A stretch of DNA of 19,996 nt, from IMG/VR virus record IMGVR_UViG_2061766007_000765; one strand, written 5' to 3'. The stretch is from an uncultured virus (IMG/VR IMGVR_UViG_2061766007_000765). Its lineage: Duplodnaviria > Heunggongvirae > Uroviricota > Caudoviricetes. Both the position numbers and the translations under genes were made by a program. The notes under the pieces are model-generated. The model saw nothing but the letters and a program-made list of their open reading frames with translations. It ran no database searches and was not told the origin of the DNA. Of the stretch, positions 7,767 through 16,959 are shown piece by piece; within the stretch, counting starts at the first letter, position 1; the number at the start of each line of letters is the position of its first letter.

Positions 7767-10016
7767 TTAATTACTCCTATCTGCAAACCAATTTTTAGTG
7801 TACACTCTGAATTTAATGACTTTACCCGCCCAATCCTTTGATCTATATGAACAGTCACCCATCTTGTTTACTAAAGGTATTAGCTTACTTCTATCAACTA
7901 CAAATTCAGAACAGCATCTTGATGATGTATTCTGAAATATATGTTCAGGACCAATTGTGTCCCTGTCGGCTTTCTGATCACTAGTTATGCAAGGTATTAT
8001 TGCTCCACCATCAATATAAACATCCAACCAAGTTCCCGATTGATTGCATATACCCGTACCTACTGCAATAAGGTATCTCCCTCCAATAGTCCTGAATCCT
8101 TGTTCATCAGTTACAGTATCTTTGCTATTTATTATTTGATAAGCTTGCGAATTGATGTCGGTTACGGATGTATAAGATTCAAATGATTTGAATCCAGTGT
8201 ATTGTGAATTCTGCGGAACAGTTATGTCTATATAATTATCAGTTGTTACCTTTTTGACCTTACTTGCAGATCCTTCGATAGTAGTTTGGATAGATCCGTC
8301 TACTATAGCACCGGCAGCATCCGACTGAGATGAACCAGTAGTTGCCGAAGTTTGCAATTCGGGATTTATGTTTTCTAGGCTATTTAGTTTAAAAAATGAC
8401 GGAGTTAATATTTCATCACTGGGTACGACTGACNNNNNNNNNNNNNNNNNNNNNNNNNNNNNNNNNNNCCTTTTCCTTTGTAGCATATATCCCACATCGA
8501 GATTTAAGCCCCCAATCTACAAATGAGCTATAGAACCGTTCAATAATATCCGATGCGAGTGTGGTATCTACTACCCTAAAATCTAGATGAAGCCATATAC
8601 CTAGTTTAGGAGAATATTTAAATATAGCAGATCTAAGCTGTCTAGCTTCGTTAGCAGCTTCTTGAATAGATGTAGCTCGGGTAGTAAATATTAAGNNNNN
8701 NNNNNGATTCTTTAATTTGATCCCCTAATGATTTTAAACTGTATTTAACTTTATTATGTAATTTATCAAATAGATAGCCTGCATCAAACATTGCTCCAAC
8801 AACACCGAGTTTCTTAAGTGATTGATAATCTACATTCAATAAGCCGCTATCTATTTTTGCTACATAAGGCTTTATTGCACCTAAAGATACTGTATTCTGT
8901 ACTCGAAGTGCAGATGTCTCAGAATCTGCAAGATGATGCGTAACAGTAACCCAGTTATCTGAATTAGCTTTAATTCGTTCATTTATTGAATTTATCAACG
9001 AATTGAGTATTNNNNNNNNNNNNNNNNNTCTTATTACCAAATTGACTATGCAATGTAATAGTCCCTTTTTCGGGATTATTATTGTTATACACTAGCTTAT
9101 AGATAAAGTTTCGCCTGCATATATCTTCACATAAATCAATAAGGGATTCTTTACACTTATCTGTTATTTCATAGTTAGGCGCAAGGTTTTTATTCATTAG
9201 CATTATCTGGACAGCCCTATTATCATTTACAGCATCGCCTGTACCAATGCANNNNNNNNNNNNNNNNNNNNNNNNNNNNNNNNNNNNNNNNNNNNNNNNN
9301 NNNNNNNNNNNNNNNNNNNNNNNNNNNNNNNNNNNNNNNNNNNNNNAGACGCTTAATGTCTCCAATTGTATTTGCTACATGAATAGTTATGCAGGTTACT
9401 AACGAGGTCCTAGGCATATCACTATCGGAACTTATTCTATTTATATATCCTGGAAGACTTGAATTGCTGAATTCAGGAATATTATTCCAATTTCCTTCCN
9501 NNNNNNNNNNNNNNNNNNNNNNNNNNNNNNNNNNNNNNNNNNNNNNNNNNNNNNNNNNNNNNNNNNNNNNNNNNNNNNNNNNNNNNNNNNNNNNNNNNNN
9601 NNNNNNNNNNNNNNNNNNNNNNNNNNNNNNNNNNNNNTAGTTGCTTCATTAGACGTGTTAAATGAACCCGGATCAGTTCCTGTACCTTCTTTGACACACT
9701 GTCTAACTAGCGAAGAGCAGTCACAGTTTACATCCGTAGTTGTGTGTATTCCATATAATGCTAAAGACGTCCTATCACTTTGAGAGTATCCAATATGAGG
9801 ATTGTTACAAGCAGCAACCATGCAGCTTGCAATACTTAAAGCATGGCTGCTTAATAAAGGACGTAAAACATACCACCCTTTGCTTGAAATATAGAAATTT
9901 TGCATAGATACTTCGCCAGCATAGTCGGGAGAAGTTTTCTGTTTTTGATCTCCCTTTGCACCGCCTGAAGCTTTTCCATGTTCGTCTATTCTTGCTGATC
10001 CAATTGTAACTGACAT
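7767..10016 (-). CDS. Virion-associated multi-domain peptidoglycan hydrolase A, ~750 aa: NlpC/P60-like + Amidase_2-like + GH25-like + DPBB/3D-like
   Basis: RBS AAGAGG, ATG at 10016. Hand-joined across five N-runs. Domain motifs: (1) IGSARIDEHGKASGGAKGDQ...ACNNPHIGYSQ...NCDCSSLV; (2) PRTSLVTCITIH...NDNRAVQI...LIDLCEDICRRN...TLHSQFGNK; (3) NVDYQSLKKLGVVGAMFDAGY...TRATSIQEAANEA...GIWLHLD...GIYAT; (4) GFKSFESY...DEQGFRTIGGRYLIAVG...IIPCITSDQKAD...EFVVD. Stop TAA at 7767-7769. Confidence 0.75.
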
Positions 10017-10026
10017 TGTTAACCTC

Positions 10027-10547
10027 TTAGTCTGAATTGGGATATTGCCTTGATGCTATTAGCCTTGTTTCTAAATTTCTTAATGGATTCTGATAATTAA
10101 CTGCCCATTCCGCCATCTGCGCGTCAGTCAACTCAATTTTATCATTGTATCGATTTATACCATACTCAACATCTGTTTCTTTAGGAGGAATATATAACCC
10201 ATCTAAGATGTCTTTAGGATTTTGCTTGTNNNNNNNNNNNNNNNNNNNNNNNNNNNNNNNNNNNNNNNNNNNNNNNNNNNNNNNNNNNNNNNNNNNNNNN
10301 NNNNNNNAGCTAATTCAGATAAATATAAATAACGCAGTATCTCATGATTAGACACTGCGATGTTGACTGTCCCGCTTCCTTGATAAGTGCCGAAATACAA
10401 TACAGAACCCGGAAACAGGTTATATACATTGATAATGTTAGATATTAAAGCTGTATATGAGGTCGGATTTTTATCTTTCATATCAGATTCATTTAACCAT
10501 TTTGAATCCGAACGCCCTCCTAAAGCTGCAATAACTGAATGATCCAC
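10027..10547 (-). CDS. Hypothetical protein, ~173 aa, between hub and hydrolase genes
   Basis: RBS GAGG then GTG at 10547. After the N-run at 10230-10307 the frame reads KQNPKDILDGLYIPPKETDVEYGINRYND...LIASRQYPNSD* (TAA 10027-10029), 10 nt before the next ATG. Confidence 0.7.
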
Positions 10548-10566
10548 GGTTTAGATCCTCCATCAA

Positions 10567-11998
10567 TTAAAGGGTTTGGATATCTTGCCATGTAGGGTAC
10601 ATCACACCGAAATCAACTTTTCCTGTTGACTTAACATTAGGTGTCTGAGTGAACCCTGACTTTATTTTCCCAGAACTTCCCGAAATATATATTCCCATAC
10701 CTGCTGCAGTTTGGTTAGCTGAACTAATAGCTAATCTCTGCAGAGTAAGCGTAGTTGCAAAAGTAGCCCCAATTGTATGACTAACTGATTTGATGTTATA
10801 TATTCCAGATACAGGAGACAATGTATTAGCAGACATTACTATAAGCGATACAGGCTGACATATAGTATAACCTGTGACAGAACCCGGAATGGTTACTGTA
10901 AATTCTCCCGTAAATTGTGTAGATAATGCATTTATATCATTTATTATATTAGCAGTCTGATAAACTTCTGCCAAAGAGCTGCTCCAACTATTAACTACAG
11001 CAGTGTTATTCACAATAGTTTGCCNNNNNNNNNNGCGTTGAGAAATTCATATCAGACATATTATAAGCGATTCCATCATAGGAGCCACTTATTGACAATA
11101 TGTTACTGTCTGCAGTGCCGTATTTAAGAACCTGAGCATCTCTGCTTGACATTATGCTGCTGGTATTTTTATAATGAATTACTCCAGGTTTAGTCATTGT
11201 AGGCTCTTCAACCCAAAATGAAAATGTAGATTGCTGTGGAGTATTATCTGTTAAGCTAGGCTTCAAGTCTCGCATCAGTAAATCTTGAAGCCCCATACTA
11301 GTATAAGTAGACAGCTTGTGTTTAGTTCTAAGACCTGCAGCATCTCTTGTTGCATTATATGATTTAGATAGAGTTAACAGCCCAGGAAAAGAGTCATAAT
11401 CGTCTTTACCTGTTTTTTCACCTCGTACATAAGAGGTAAAGCTAGTAGACATAGCATTGTGACTTACTAAAGTAGGAGCATCACACCTGTCTATATCTAA
11501 CTCATAGTAATCAGTTGCTTTTATACCTTTGCACAATGCTTCGAGAACAGCAGAGGGTTGAACAAATCCAGTTAATGCAGGTATATTAAGAACCGGCATG
11601 TTTGTTTTAAGTATTTGAGAAGCATAACCTGTAAGCGTATAAGTCATGAATCGACCTGTCATACTAACATTATACTTTAATGTCCATCCGCTATATGAAA
11701 CATNNNNNNNNNNNNNNNNNNNNNNNNNNNGCCATCCAAACATAAATGAAACAGGTATTCCTGAAGCATTAGTGTACCCTTTTTGTTGAGCAGCCGAATA
11801 TATAAGAGCTTCAAATGCTGCAATATTTACTTTTTTAGTATAATCTCCGCCTAAACTGATTTTTAGCTCCCAGCTAGTATAGCTATCTGTTTCAGTGTTG
11901 TTTAATACCAACGAACAGAAAGGGCTAGGAATACTCAATCCGTATTGTGTTATAGCTAAACCAGCTAGAAGAAATGAGCACCAACATTGTTTTTTCAC
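10567..11998 (-). CDS. Baseplate hub protein (T4 gp27 / P2 gpD / Mu gp44-like), ~475 aa
   Basis: ORFs 11006-11998 and 10567-11013 join across the N-run at 11025-11034 (…QTIVNNTAVV). The C-terminal GEFTVTIPG...CQPVSLIV...SGIYNIKSVSHTIGATFATTLTLQR is the typical hub motif. Canonical position after the LysM wedge gene. Confidence 0.75.
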
Positions 11999-12422
11999 NN
12001 NNNNNNNNNNNNNNNNGTTTATTCGCAGGTAATGCAGCTAGTATTTCGCCTTTGTTAAATAGTGATGTGATAGACGAGGGAATTTTTAAAACAGTTCCTT
12101 CTAGTACAGTAAACCCGTCAGCTATATGGTTGATATAGGCGATAACCCATGCATATGTAGCTGACCCCAATTGTTCCTGGGCTATCAAATCAAGTCTGTT
12201 CTCAAGGTTTGCAGGTACTGTATAGTACTTTATTGAAGACGCTGTTTCAAATGGATTTGTGGTCTCTAGTGCAATAAATCTGTTTTCAACAGATAAACCT
12301 TCGTGAATAACTTGACGCAATCCCTTGTATCGGCATATATGATTGAAATCTTTGCAATAAGTATACTGGATTGGTTCCCTATCTACTTCTTTATAGGGTT
12401 CATAAATGTTAGGAAAATTCAA
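11995..12422 (-). CDS. Baseplate wedge LysM-type protein (T4 gp53 / P2 gpX-like), ~140 aa
   Basis: RBS AAGGAGGT, TTG at 12422. YYTVPANLENRLDLIAQEQLGSATYAWVIAYINHIADGFTVLEGTVLKIP is the classic gp53/gpX LysM pattern. The true stop lies in the N-run 11999-12016 or is the TGA of GTGA at 11995-11998, so the end is approximate. Confidence 0.8.
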
Positions 12423-12434
12423 CTCGTTACCTCC

Positions 12435-13454
12435 TTATCCTATCAGCCCTGTGCTGTATACGCTATCTATATTAAGAGGTTTGTCAGAAACTTCCTGGAT
12501 AGTTAATGATAAATTGAATTCAAGGTACCAATTATCATGCCCAAGAGGACCTGACCAATTAGTTGATGTAGCAGTCAATACACCTGATATGAATAGCTTG
12601 CCATCTATGTAGAGCCTTACAGTAGGAGTTAACACTGCTGATCCACTGTATCTAGGAAATGTATTAGCTTCGCAGAATCTTATTAGCTTGTTAGNNNNNN
12701 NNNNNNNNNNNNNNNNNNNNATATCTCTATGGAGATGAAATGACAACTCTTGTTCTCGAGGGCCTGAATTCTCATACAATATCCAAGGCTCGTATTGATA
12801 GATTGTATCAGGCATGCTTGTGTATGTCGCATGACGACTTGTATTTACTTGCTCGGGGTATGCAGGAAAATCTATCATCTCATTTAATAACGAAGAATAC
12901 AGTTGTATCTTTCCCCAAGGTATATTGAACGAATATTGAGGAACTACTTGTTCAGGTCTTACATTGTCGCCTGTTACCTTGTAGCTCGGTGAGGAATTGA
13001 TTGAATTAAATATTTCAGGATTAATAGTGCCTTCCTCAGCTACACTCCGCATCACTGCTTTGTATAAAGCAGTGCCAATAAGTTCAGTTGACGATATTAT
13101 AGCTGAACCTAAAACTCTGGCCGATGAGGGCACATATATCGAAGCAGGTATCCTAATTGCATCTATGAATGCTTGTAGTACCGAGAATACCTTCCATTCA
13201 GCTTCATCCATCAAGCAAGCTTTTTCAAAAACTTCTAAGCTGTCAAGGCAGCTATTGAGTAGTGCAATTTTTCGCTCTTTGCTTACTTCAGGAGTTGTAT
13301 TGATTATTTCGTTGCACTTATCTTGCCATGCTTTACCAATTTTTGGAGTTCGAGTTAGCCTGTTTTCGGCAAGTAGGTACTCAATATTATTTGAACCTAC
13401 TATTCTTGAAATATCAAGTAATGAATCATTTTTGTCGATGTATAAGTATTGCAT
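12435..13454 (-). CDS. Tail tube initiator / baseplate tube-like protein (CIS_tube, P2 gpU or T4 gp48/gp54-like C-terminal domain) with an N-terminal LysM-like segment
   Basis: RBS AAGGAG, ATG at 13454. The C-terminal part (AYPEQVNTSRHATYTSMP...PWILYENSGPREQELSFHL...TPTVRLYIDGKLFISGVLTATSTNW...FNLSLTIQEV) matches the tube-initiator pattern. The N-terminus (YIDKNDSLLDISRIVGSNNIEYLLAENRL) is LysM-like. Confidence 0.7.
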   Translation of the reverse strand: MQYLYIDKNDSLLDISRIVGSNNIEYLLAENRLTRTPKIGKAWQDKCNEIINTTPEVSKERKIALLNSCLDSLEVFEKACLMDEAEWKVFSVLQAFIDAIRIPASIYVPSSARVLGSAIISSTELIGTALYKAVMRSVAEEGTINPEIFNSINSSPSYKVTGDNVRPEQVVPQYSFNIPWGKIQLYSSLLNEMIDFPAYPEQVNTSRHATYTSMPDTIYQYEPWILYENSGPREQELSFHLHRDXXXXXXXXXXNKLIRFCEANTFPRYSGSAVLTPTVRLYIDGKLFISGVLTATSTNWSGPLGHDNWYLEFNLSLTIQEVSDKPLNIDSVYSTGLIG

Positions 13455-13467
13455 ATCGCTAACTCCT

Positions 13468-13970
13468 TTAGCCAAGCATGTTTGCTTGATCTAATCTCAA
13501 GCTCTTGATGACATGAGGTTCCCCGAACATTGTAGGTGGTCTTTTAATGTTTCTNNNNNNNNNNNNNNNNNNNNAGCTAAACTTGTTTCATAGCATGCTT
13601 CAGCCAATTCATAGTTAAATTCTGCTACATTATTAGTGTATGTAATGCCTTCAAGCTGAGCAAGATAATCAATGTCAGCTTCTTCTGAATCAAAAGTGAC
13701 AGCAGACATGAGCATATATGAATAAACCCAATCAGGAATATCTATGCCATCCTGTAAATGAACATCTATGCATTCTTTGATAGCTGATTTCAGCAGTTCG
13801 TACTGATCTGTCATTCTATCATCAGGGCAAGGATAGAAATCGGAAAAGAATCCGTCTTCTCGTATGAATGCCTGAAACATCTCTTCATCTGAAATAAGGT
13901 GATAAGGATATCCAGGCAAGTATCCCATATTAACATACATTATTTTTATTCGGTCATGTATGAAATTCAA
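13468..13970 (-). CDS. Hypothetical protein, ~167 aa, acidic/aromatic (possible tail assembly factor)
   Basis: RBS GGAGG at 13981-13985. The TTG start overlaps the upstream TGA (TTGA). After the N-run at 13555-13574 the likely frame reads RNIKRPPTMFGEPHVIKSLRLDQANMLG* (TAA 13468-13470), ending directly at the next RBS. Confidence 0.7.
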
Positions 13971-16849
13971 CTTATTGTGCCTCCTTGGAATATATGCCAA
14001 CTGCCTCTTTCCCATGCGGGGATTGAGCCTTGAGCAACAGTTGAAGGTAACAATGTAGTAGTGGAATGGAATGCTATTGTGCCTCCTATATAATCGGTTC
14101 CTTCAACATAAGCCTCTGTTAATAATGAGAATGAATTATCGCTGATGTACCAAGTTGAATTAGGGTTAGATAAATAAGCAGATGTAAATTCACCTGATAC
14201 TTTTAATGGCTTAGTTATGCAAGCTGCAGGATAAGGTAGAGAAGAATTTTGAGGTAGCTGAATATCTCCTACTATCACCTTATCACCAGGGTCAACGTTA
14301 TCGGTAGAGTTGTCTTGCACAAGTATCTGAATTTGAACAACGTCGCCTGATCCGGAGAAAGTTAAGCTCTTGACTGCAACTGCATAATGATTATCGTTTG
14401 CTTGTGAGCCTATCTCACTCCAATAGTTTATGTCAGAAGATATAACATTGCCATCCAATTCAGTAACTGTCATCCCTTCTAATATGAGCAAATCAGGGTC
14501 ATCTTCAGTGAATCGAGTGTACCATAAAGTAACTCCGCTGAATCCTGAGAATGGAGTAGTAACTGAAGGATATGTTCTGGAACACGTCCTAATATACTGC
14601 ATTACAGAAGGGTCATAATACAAGCATGTTCTATATACATCAATTATAGGGTTGCCCTCTATATTAGGGTCGATTATGAATTTTTCACAATCTACTATCT
14701 GAATTATAGTGCCGGATGTAGCAGCACCTAACACATGCAATCTAACTGCTGTATTAAATCTAGAGTCAATGCCCTTAATTNNNNNNNNNNNNNNNNNNNN
14801 NNNNNNNNNNNNNNNNNNNNNACAGTGTATATTGGACAGGAAATGCTACTCTATTATTCACATACTCATCGAGCTGTGCTTGAATTGTTTCAATATCTGC
14901 AATCCCTGATATTGTTACAGCAGTTCCAAGCTGATATGCAAGCGCTCCAGACGCAAGCCTCTCATAATCTAACATTCTTAAATGACCGCTATCATCTAAG
15001 TAAACATATCCCGAATTAGTTGCATCTTCTGACACATTTAGGAATCCACCAATGATTTCCTCTGTTGCTAAATCTATACTGCCTGTTAATAATATAGGGT
15101 CTGACCATTCTTCAGGTCCAGAAGTACTTACTCTATAGAAGTAGTCACCATATATGTAAGCTGTTTCCGTTTGAGGGTCAGTTATGATTGCGCCGTCAGC
15201 ATCGTATCCGTNNNNNNNNNNNNNNNNNNTGAATAGTGATCCCCTCTTATTCCATCATCTGCACTAAATATTGTAGCTGCATAAGTACTAGAGATTGGAT
15301 TGACTGTAGCAGGTACAGATTTGCCGTCCGTTTGATGCCATTCCTGGAATCCTAACTGAGTTCCGGTTATGTTTACAGGAGTATAAGCAGCATCTTCGTC
15401 GTTACTAAGAAGCTCACCTTTATTTCCTATTTTAATATTTAGACGGGGTGAACTCTGACCTCCTTGATATTCAATGGTCTGCACTAATCCAGGTAATACA
15501 ATATACATTGTGGCAGGAGNNNNNNNNNNNNNNNTAGTAACTTTCATCATTTTTTACTATGATGTAGTCTCCTGCTTTCCAGGCCTGGTTAACGGGAGGT
15601 AACGGATCATCGGGCGCTTTAGTGTCAATAAACATGACCTGTTTTCCGTTAGGAATTGACCTGAGATCATTTATTTTGCTAGATATTTCTTTGATATTTT
15701 TAGTATATGCCTTTGTAATAATTCCCGGAGTATTTAATANNNNNNNNNNNNNNNNNNNNNNNNNNNNNNNNNNNNNNNNNNNNNNNNNNNNNNNNNNNNN
15801 NNNNNNNNNNNNNNNNNNNNNNNNNNNNNNNNNNNNNNNNNNNNNNNNNNNNNNNNNNNNNNNNNNNNNNNNNNNNNNNNNNNNNNNNNNNNNNNNNNNN
15901 NNNNNNNNNNNNNNNNNNNNNNNNNNNNNNNNNNNNNNNNNNNNNNNNNNNNNNNNNNNNNNNNNNNNNNNNNNNNNNNNNNNNNNNNNNNNNNNNNNNT
16001 ATCTGCTTGAGGAAATGCTTGCTTATATAAAGCAACTACTTCAGGATCGGAAGTTTTTCTGTTTACATAACCTTTATCCCATACAACTGTGCTATCTGTA
16101 ACATCTTCCCATGTATCTTTGCCTGTTTCAGGATCGACTCCTTTACCTGCAAATGAATATATCTTTTTAGAATCTAATCCTAATTTGCTGATATATTGAG
16201 ATGATACAGCGTCTGTTAATCCAGCTACTCTACTAGCAGGCATATATTGTGTTTTAGTAGTTGAATTCAATATAGATGTTATAGCGTTATTAGTAAATAC
16301 AATTTCAGCAAGCTTTAAATCACAAGTTACTAGCCCCTCTGCTTCAGGACTATCTGAAGGAGTTACAAATTCGGATAAAGGTCCAACAACTACCTGAATA
16401 CCTAAAAACATCTCGCTAGTATTTCCGTTTGGACCTGTTACTTCACCTTCTACGTAGATACTGCCTGCAATTGTTTCTTCTGTTGCAAGGTAAGTTTTAA
16501 GACCTACGCCTAATTGCCCTTTAAGCATGGGTCGCTGATTAGCAACTGCATCAATATTAGCTTCTACTAAATCGACTTCAATATCAGTTAAGCTTTCAAC
16601 GTAGTATCCATTTATGACCGCTCGCCCTGCACTTATTAAGAGCTTAGCTGAGCTCGTACCTAATGATACTTTAAAGTCATCTTCACTATGCGTAAACGAA
16701 TGGCCTATTGCATATTTTATAGCCGGATCGGTAGCTACGCTCTCTCTCGATTTTAAATTGTACTCTGTTAATAACTGAGACCCTGTTGTCGAGTTTGCTG
16801 CAGGGAATATGTTGGTTGTATCAGTTGAAAATCTTATAAAATGTTCCAA
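13967..16849 (-). CDS. Large virion structural protein, ~960 aa (tail fibre/baseplate-associated, function uncertain)
   Basis: RBS GGAGGT then TTG at 16849. Fragments 15734-16942, 15182-15550, 14775-15035 and 13967-14740 join via hand-read bridges (LNTPGIITKAYTKNIKEISSK..., GYDADGAIITDPQTETAYIYGDYFYRV..., IKGIDSRFNTAVRLHVLG). The N-terminal LLISAGRAVINGYYVE...LKLAEIVF resembles the attachment domains of phage fibre/structural proteins. The rest is beta-rich in S/T/G/D. The 260-nt N-run at 15740-15999 could hide a gene boundary. Confidence 0.65.
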
Positions 16850-16892
16850 TTTTTGACCTCCGTTCAAAGTCTGAACACACGTTTTCTTTCTA

Positions 16893-16903
16893 ATATTTAA
16901 GGT
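16893..16903 (-). promoter_or_regulatory. Putative phage late-promoter-like motif ACCTT-NN-ATAT (copy 1), overlapping a 13-bp palindrome
   Basis: Minus strand reads ACCTTAAATAT about 43 nt upstream of the TTG start at 16849, in a ~110-bp intergenic gap. The same pattern occurs in the only other sizeable intergenic gap (1517-1527). Palindrome TAAGGTGACCTTA at 16898-16910. Confidence 0.4.
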
Positions 16904-16959
16904 GACCTTAGGTTGTATTCTAAAGTCACCTTCTGAACGCATGTTGATTCATTGGCAGG

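Noticed and set aside
7544..9812. The near-identical 27-nt segments as a diversity-generating retroelement TR/VR pair
   Set aside because: Both copies are coding and sit in N-terminal domains, similarity is short and patchy, and no reverse transcriptase is in the window. An older domain duplication explains it better.
7767..10016. Gene A as the lysis-cassette endolysin
   Set aside because: It lies inside the baseplate operon between hub and spike, is coupled to a tail-lysozyme gene, has no adjacent holin-like gene and shows no typical SH3/LysM/choline-binding repeat.
1543..13454. Extracellular contractile injection system, tailocin or T6SS rather than phage
   Set aside because: No Afp15-like ATPase, TssJLM/ClpV or toxin cargo is visible. 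A >1000-aa tape measure and phage-type lysin domains favour a phage. Head genes are outside the window, so a tailocin cannot be formally excluded.
16850..16942. ORF-track N-terminal extension MRSEGDFRIQPK... of the large structural gene (and similar extensions at 14015, 13475, 5313, 2674)
   Set aside because: Better-placed RBSs point to downstream starts (16849, 13970, 13454, 5277, 2647). The extensions overlap upstream genes or regulatory sequence.
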